From Azolla caroliniana (Eukaryota > Plantae > Polypodiophyta), in the NCBI GenBank assembly GCA_043228905.1, contig JBHGNT010000893.1, positions 1 through 14,165 of the forward strand: DNA of 14,165 nucleotides, written 5' to 3'. The notes under the pieces were generated by a model. That model searched no databases. It was given only the letters and a program-made list of their open reading frames with translations, and was not told the DNA's origin. How positions within the stretch are numbered: position 1 is the first letter of the stretch; the number at the start of each line of letters is the position of its first letter. Shown here in pieces: positions 1-6,422 of this stretch. The position numbers were made by a program, and so were the translations under genes.

Positions 1-480
1 AAATGTCGCCTCGAACTCTGCCAGAAAGGCAAGAAAATTTTGGAGAAATGGTGATGAAGTTTCGACCAACGGTGCAAACCAGGCTTGTGCAGCTCCTAAC
101 TGAAGGGTTCCAATGAGACCAACTTGACGAAAATCATCCGCATACCATTGAGGTTGTAGTTGGATAATAAGCTTGATCTGATTTATGAATCCTCGGAAGT
201 GCTTCCTTGTGCCATCGAACTTGTCAGGTAAACTAATATTGGGCTCCATACTTGTAGTGGGATGGGGAGGAGTTGGAGAAAGACTAGACAAGGAACCAAC
301 CTCTATAGGTAGAACATTTGTTGATGCAAGAGGAGAGTTGTTTTTTTCTTCGAGTTCCATCGGATTTCAAACTTGAAGCTTCCGTAATGATTCCCAAAGG
401 TTGTCATTCTCAAGTTGAAGTTGATGCATGGCTTCCATGAGCTGATTTATTCTCTCAGTAAGATCTGACGTGCCGAGGCT
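1..480 (-). pseudogene. gag: Retrotransposon gag (capsid N-terminal region), interrupted by an in-frame TGA at 369-367
   Basis: My translation through the stop that ends ORF 367..642: ...LTERINQLMEAMHQLQLENDNLWESLRKLQV*NPMELEEK...MEPNISLPDKFDGTRKHFRGFINQIKLIIQLQPQWYADDFRQVGLIGTLQLGAAQAWFAPLVETSSPFLQNFLAFLAEFEATF. A coiled coil followed by P-x-x-F-D-G and G-x-A-x-x-W motifs is typical of Ty3/gypsy (PEG10/Tf-like) Gag. The TGA is consistent with CGA deamination. Confidence 0.88.
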
Positions 481-569
481 TAGAAAATGGGAAGGTGACC
501 AAACTGTCACGAACGGATGGTTGAGGCTAAATACTAAGAGAGAGCGAAGCATAAGAAAGAGAACAAGAC

Positions 570-973
570 TGTCACGGACAAGTAGACGAGGCTCAATACT
601 AGTAGATAGCGGGAGAGAGAGCATAGACATTAGAACAAGCAAGAGAGAGAGAAAATGGATAAAAGAACAAGAACTGAATTATGCTTTCGTAACTAGTCTT
701 GTTCACCTTGATTGTACTCAAGGTGCACCTGAGTATTTATACAAGAACGTAGAGGTATGCATGAAAGCTAGAAAACTTCTAGAGAGTCCATGAAGATACA
801 TTCTCTAGAAGGTTCTTGAAAGTTCTAGTGATGAATCTACAATGGAATAAGTTGAATCTTATACAATATAATAATGTATAGATGGATGTAGCTCAACTAG
901 TAAGGTTGCCCCATAAGACCAGAAGGTCATGGGTTCAACCCCCACGAATCCATCTGACATCTTGTCTATGACA
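570..973 (-). repeat. 5' LTR (404 bp)
   Basis: Terminal inverted repeats TGTCACGGACAAG (570-582, +) and TGTCATAGACAAG (973-961, -) match 11/13, and the two differences fit CpG decay. Minus-strand TATAAATA lies at 741-734. The flanks show no TSD, as expected for an LTR attached to internal sequence. Confidence 0.8.
882..953 (+). other. Degenerate tRNA-like sequence (Pol III A and B boxes) inside the LTR U3 region
   Basis: TAGCTCAACTAG (889-900) resembles an A box and GGTTCAACCC (932-941) a B box. There is a T-arm TGGG/CCCA, a closing stem AGATGGAT (880-887)/ATCCATCT (948-955), and a central CCCATAA resembling a CAT anticodon loop. The D and anticodon stems are poor. Confidence 0.6.
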
Positions 974-1182
974 CTTAGCATTAAGATTCAAAGGTATTTG
1001 TAATGGTTTACATGTTGACATTCTAAACTTCTTAATCACGTCAAGCAAGTATTTTCTTTGTGATAAGCATACTTTATTTTCTTTTTTTTACTACCTCAAT
1101 ACCTAAGAAGTATTTCAACTCACCAAGATATGGAATTATGATTTCAACTTCCTGTTAACATCTTTGATGTTCTCATCATCAT

Positions 1183-1668
1183 TGTCACAGGCACACCAAC
1201 CGTGAACTCAAACGGAGCACGGATGATGGGGCTAAGAGTGTAGAACTTAAGAAGTTGGGAACTTAAGAGCATGAAGACAGAGATAAAGATCAAGGAGACA
1301 AGATGGGGCGAAATGAGAATACTAGATTGATGTGTCAATGACTGGTGTTGAATCCCCTGAAAGGGACCAAGGAGGTTACAAGTATTTATACATGTTTGTG
1401 GGCTCTACATGTAGTCACATGCATAGACCCATTTTCATGTAGATGCTTCTAGAATGTTCCAACTTCTGGACTTTTTGGAAGCTTCCAAACACTCCTAGAA
1501 CTTGGAGATAATCTACTAATAATCTACTAATATATGCATAAACATGACCATGTATTTGGATGTGTTGGTTAGATACTTCTTTATTTGATCAAGTTACATT
1601 TTTTGTCCCATTAATACTTAAGAAGGTTTAAAGGTTTATAGGCATTACCTTTATACCCCATTATAACA
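1183..1668 (-). mobile_element. Probable second, degenerate LTR of a related family
   Basis: Begins TGTCACA (1183) and ends TTATAACA (1668), which fits a decayed TTGTGACA. It shares AGTATTTATACA (1381-1392 = 732-743) and TTCTAGAA-like motifs with the first LTR. A purine-rich minus-strand AGAGAGAGGG (PPT-like) lies just outside at ~1674-1683. No TSD; boundaries uncertain. Confidence 0.5.
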
Positions 1669-4345
1669 TTAGGCCCTCTCTCTATATATTGCCCTACTTC
1701 TATGAGGATACTTATACAAATCAACATATGCCCTTTACAAGTCAATGTTATCATTTTTGTTTTTTTATTGTAAAGAATGGATAAAATTCGATGTTGTAAA
1801 CCATGCAAAGGGTCGTGAACTCGTGTGCATGATCTTAAACTAAAATTATGAATATCATTTTGAATGTTGTGAAGCCATTTATCTAGGATCAAACTGCCAA
1901 GTCAATATCTTAAACTGAATTTATGAAGAATTTCATATTGAAACTTAATGTTATTGAATTTAAACTAAATTTATGAAGAGCTTCATAATGAACATGAGTC
2001 ACGAGATTGAACCCATTGCTAGAGATTTAAGCCATGAGTTTATTAATCTTCCAAAGCACGAGCTTTACTGTGAAACCAAGTAACTCATCAATTTATTGAA
2101 GTGTTGAATTTCTCTTTATACATACAAAGGTATTGCTTTCACACTATGGTGTAGCGTGTGATGTCTTGTTTTTAAAGGAGCATGAACATAAAGTGACATT
2201 CTTGTTATTCTTATTGTTATTAATTATTATATAGATGTACTCAAAGCCAAATAATATATGAATCTATGCACTTTAGAAACATAAAAGGTACATCTATCTA
2301 CCATGTTTATCATGCTCCATCTCAACAAATAGCACGATGTTTATGAGGACGAGCAAATGGAAAAAAATGACATGTTCTAGGAGTACATCTTGTGATGCAC
2401 ATTAAATCTAGAGTGAATTGAATGCATATGTAACGAGAAAAGCATTTTGAATGTCCGATGAAAGTTATGCTTCACAATTATAATGTTCACCACATAGGAC
2501 CACACTATCCTTGAATCTCTTTCTAAACGAATATGAATGGAAACATTTAAAGCTTGTCAGCATCCCAATGCAATGGAGAATAATACAAATTACTGTATAC
2601 ATTAGCATACTTTTGAAATAATAATTATACATATGGTTGCGAACTACCTGTTACATTGTTCTATTGATTTTAGAAATAAAAGGCAACTTGTTTCTTACAT
2701 GAATTGATCACTATCATCAAGTTCCCAATCAATGCAAGAATCCGCAACATGCCCAAAAGTCCAATGAACACCTAGAGTGAGCCTCTTTGTGATATGGCAA
2801 CCTTTTAAATCTTGGTGGGTTCCTTTTGTTATAGCCACCATGCAATTACACCTACAAAGTATGCTTTACATGGTTATCCTCCCTAATGAGGCAATACATT
2901 ATGTAGTTTCCAAGGAATCATAACATGAATCCGAAGGTGATGTCCAAGGAGATTAACTAGGGTATTACAAGATAAATAGGTTAAGGTGCAAATACAACAT
3001 CAGGTTTTACCCAAGCGTCAGGTGCATCATGGACTACTTTGGTGTCTTCAATTGTTGTGTACAAAACATTTGTCAAATAGCATCACCCTAGTAGACAGTC
3101 AGGTGATGGTGAACAACTCCAGTTTAGGCAAAATCAAAGGCATACATGGAGTTTTTAGACTACTAGCCAGGGTGGACAACCGGGATATGTTGACTAGGAA
3201 TGTAAAGATATGTATTCTCTTGGACCGCAGGATTTTGTTTATAGTTTGAGAATGGGTCTTGTTGGCAAAGGCTGAGAGAGTTTTCATGGACATAATTAGC
3301 CTTATCTTGCCAAAGTCCATCGTTTATATTTGGTCTGTTTTTTTATAGACACTTGTGGAGTGGAAACTATTATGTACAAATTGTAGATTGCCTTTGGCAT
3401 TGTTAATTTTAATACCAATGGAGTATAGTTTTTGTGGAAAAAAGAAGAAGGTGCAAATACAACATAATGTAAGTAAAAGCCAATAGTATCAGCTCCCATG
3501 AAGGATCATAAGATATGAACGGTCATAACTTTTAAGTATTTCAAGCCCTTTTACTTGTAATATGACAATGAGCTTGATATAAGTAATTCTTATTCATATT
3601 TATAGCCTTAAGTTTCTTAGAAGAACATGCCTTCCTCACCATGCATTGAAATCATTGCATTTAGTAACTCATGTAATGGAATTCAAATGTCCCTACCAAT
3701 TTGAAACACTTGTTTACATCAATGATGACACGTGACTCATGCTTTACTTTTTGACAAAATATTAGCTAAGCCAATTGCAAAGACCCCCGCCCCAATTAAT
3801 AGAGCATCAAACCATATCATCCTTAGTCTTTGTTGTAGAGCAACCACAACAGGAAAAGTGTATCCGTTGATGAATGAAATCGTGGCGACAATTTCACAGG
3901 TGAATCTAACTCAAGTGGCGGGCAATTATGAATGATAACCAAGTGAAACAAATGAAAATAGGCAAAATGAGATACGTGAGAGCCATTGTTAGACTAGCAA
4001 TGGTTGCACTAGTATATGTCGATAACCATAAGATGCAAATATTGAAGTTCTAACTATTGCTTATATGTTTCAAGTATGTAAACTTGCTTAGTTTGATCAC
4101 TGTATTAATTATGCTTTGGTTAAAGCCGAAGTTGATAACCATGCAAATAAGTGATTGATCGATCTCTAGTGTGAGATGTGACAGTTCTGAGAACTTTTGA
4201 ATTAGAATGTGATGTTTGTGCTAATGATGAAAATTAGGCGTGGCGAAGCTTCTTACGAATTATCCACGAATCCATACTAAATATACTAGGTGCCATAAAG
4301 GAGTTCGTATTAGAGTGCCACCCCATCCTTCTCAAACGAGGCATA

Positions 4346-4373
4346 GTTTTTTCGGTGAAGAACGAACTCTAGT
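4346..4373 (+). mobile_element. Possible Helitron 3' terminus
   Basis: Imperfect hairpin TTTTTC-GGT-GAAGAA (4348-4362), a 6-nt spacer, then CTAG (4369-4372) followed by T. The 5' end was not identified. Confidence 0.35.
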
Positions 4374-4543
4374 TCAAGTTTGGCAACAAAATGCAAAGTG
4401 CACTATTATGGTTTTCTACACGTAGGGGAAGGGATGCAAAGCCAAGTATCCAAGTAAAAAGGTAAGAGATGGGCGAGCTTCGACAAGGTGGGGAAGTCCT
4501 ATATCGGGACTCGGATGCAAGAACAATGTTACCTAAACAACAA

Positions 4544-4620
4544 CAACATATGCTCTTGCCGAGTCCCCCCCGACCTGACCTCAACATATGCTCTTGCTGG
4601 GGGCTCCCCTGACCCGACCT
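4544..4620. repeat. Tandem duplication of ~38 bp
   Basis: CAACATATGCTCTTGC occurs at 4544 and 4582, each followed by a similar CCCC-GACC-GACCT segment. Confidence 0.75.
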
Positions 4621-4760
4621 GAGCACATGGAAACGAGACGGAGTGTGCAAGATAGATAGATAGATGTCTTTTTTAACGTTGAGACGAGACGAAGTGTGGG
4701 ATGGGAATCGAACCCCCTCACATTCAGGTGGTTCTCTGCCGGTTTTTTTATGATGCATGG

Positions 4761-4956
4761 ACGGGCGGGGAGCCGCCGACTGGCTGCCCGTTTCGAGTCG
4801 GCCCACTTGGGTGGTGCTCTCCATTTCTTTTGTGGCTCGTAAATGGGCGGGGCGCCCATCCATTTTACGGATTCGGCCCATTCGGGGGCGGTTTCTCTCT
4901 GTTTTCTATGACTCGTAAATGGGCGGGGCACCGACCGGCCGCCCATTGCGGCGGCA
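4761..4956 (+). promoter_or_regulatory. GC-rich proximal promoter of the AILP1/TSJT1-like gene, with three GC boxes and site II-like GGCCCA motifs in a ~76-82 bp repeat
   Basis: GGGCGGGG at 4763, 4845 and 4921. CTCGTAAATGGGCGGGGC is repeated exactly at 4836 and 4912, and TCGGCCCA at 4798 and 4873. This CpG-rich island in AT-rich DNA lies directly upstream of the pyrimidine-rich leader. Confidence 0.55.
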
Positions 4957-5164
4957 CTCCTCCTCCTCCTCCTCCTCTTCTTCTTCCTCCTTCTCTTCTT
5001 CTTCTTCTTCTTCTTCTTCTTTCTCTTTCTCTTTCTCTTTACTTGCTCTCTGTGTCTCTCTTCTTCTTCTTCTTCTTCCACCTTTTCTTCTTCTTCTTCT
5101 TCTTCTTCTTCTTCTTCGTTCTCTTTACTTTCTCTGTCTCTGTCTCTGTCTCTGTCTCTCTCTC
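4957..5164 (+). repeat. Compound pyrimidine microsatellite (CCT)n/(CTT)n/(CTCTTT)n/(CTCTGT)n in the 5' leader
   Basis: Directly visible; about 200 nt that are almost purely C/T on the plus strand. Confidence 0.95.
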
Positions 5165-5217
5165 AAAGCTGTGCGGGATCGATCTGTGTCGTATTCTTCT
5201 GCGTGTCTCTGCCTCAG

Positions 5218-6185
5218 GTAAGCTCCGACCCATTCGTTTGCCGTGCTCATTCGTTCCATTCGCGCCCTTTCCTTTCCTCTGTTTCTCCATCATTCAATCC
5301 TCTATCAGTAATATCCTTAATCCTTTCTCATCATCATCATCATCATCATGATTCATCATCTTCTTCTTCTTCCCCTTCTGCTGCTGCTTATCATCATCTT
5401 CATCATTATCGTTTGTTAATTCAATCACTTTATATTTCCTCGCCATTCTTCTGATGGTCTCCATCATTTCTTAATCCAAGCGCTTGACACATTTTCTCCT
5501 CTCTCTCCATCCCATTATATATCTCATGTTTTGATATATATTGCCAGTTTCTTTCTCCCGTCTTTGATTGTCTCCTTTGCCTACCTTCATCATACCTCTG
5601 TATTCCTAGAGTACATGCATATGCATTTTCTCTGTCATTAGTCTGCATGGTATCTTCCCCATATTGTGGTCCGGTTAAGAAAGACAGGAAAAAAGGATTA
5701 ATGAAAGCAAAACAATGAATGAATTTTGTTGGAACTGTTGAATAGATCATACAATAAGCAGTAGCGAGGAAGAAACCGTCTTGCAAAAATGAGCGAAGAG
5801 GAACAGAAAAGAAGAAGAGAAAGGGAAGAAGGGACTGTTCCAAAATGAGTGCAGGGAGAGGCCGTTTTTTAACTTCTTTTCTGTGGAAAAAACTTAGAGA
5901 GGTAGACAGGCCTGCAAAACCTGCGGCAATGGAAGCAAAGAGAGGATTTTTCTGAGCATGAGATAAAAAAGAGGCATTTTAACTGTTCGGGGGTAAACTA
6001 GATAGCTATGCAGACACAGAAAAAAAACCTTCAGAAATGGATGAAAAAAAGAAAGAAGGAAAGAAAATCTGTGTGGAGAGTAGCATTTCAATTCCTCTTT
6101 GTGGATGTGGATTTTTGAGGCATGTAAACCTTGGAAAACTTAGAGAGAGCTCGGATTAAACTAATTCCTTTTTCATATCCTGCAG
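5218..6185 (+). other. 5'UTR intron of the AILP1/TSJT1-like gene (alternative acceptor at 6223)
   Basis: Donor CAG|GTAAGC at 5217/5218. Branch-like CTAAT at 6161-6165, then a pyrimidine tract and TGCAG ending at 6185. A second acceptor, TTCCACAG, ends at 6223. Confidence 0.65.
5328..5406 (+). repeat. (CAT)n/(CTT)n/(CTG)n microsatellites in the leader intron
   Basis: Directly visible trinucleotide runs. Confidence 0.85.
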
Positions 6186-6225
6186 GATCCGCATCTTTGC
6201 ATTTGTTCCTTTCTCTTCCACAGCA

Positions 6226-6422
6226 ATGTTGGCCATGTTTCATGCATCTGTGGTTCATGCACCTAGAGAGCTGAGTAGTAATAACGGCCAAACAGATGAG
6301 ATAAAAACAGGTTCAGAGATCATCGAATCCTTTGCGTCGAATTTCCCAGATGTTGTACAGGCGTTCTTGCCGAAAGGTGGGATGGCTTATACACACCACA
6401 AAGAGCCCTTGCTAATGCCAAG
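6226..6422 (+). CDS. TSJT1: AILP1/TSJT1-like coding exon 1
   Basis: MLAMF...AYTHHKEPLLMPR; phase-2 donor AG|GTCACA at 6422/6423. Confidence 0.9.

Larger units (their letters stand above)
1..973 (-). mobile_element. Truncated Ty3/gypsy (chromovirus, Tcn1/Tf1-like) LTR retrotransposon: 5' LTR, leader and start of gag; continues beyond the left edge of the window
   Basis: Gag-like reading frame at 1-~480 on the minus strand. LTR at 570-973 has TG..CA ends and a TATA box. A self-complementary PBS-like segment lies immediately inside the LTR. Confidence 0.88.

Noticed and set aside
470-793. 107-aa plus-strand ORF
   Set aside because: Antisense to the LTR/leader, a purine-rich compositional artefact.
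882-953. Functional tRNA-Met gene
   Set aside because: D and anticodon stems do not pair properly, the acceptor register is off by one and there is no poly-T terminator. Kept only as tRNA-like.
1833-1992. Degenerate TAAACT.AATTTATGAA repeats
   Set aside because: Short AT-rich tandem decay with no supportable function.
4369-5454. Six overlapping ORFs (83-216 aa), most with poly-K/E/S/L/F/H runs
   Set aside because: Artefacts of stop-free microsatellites and GC-rich promoter DNA; no domain-like sequence.
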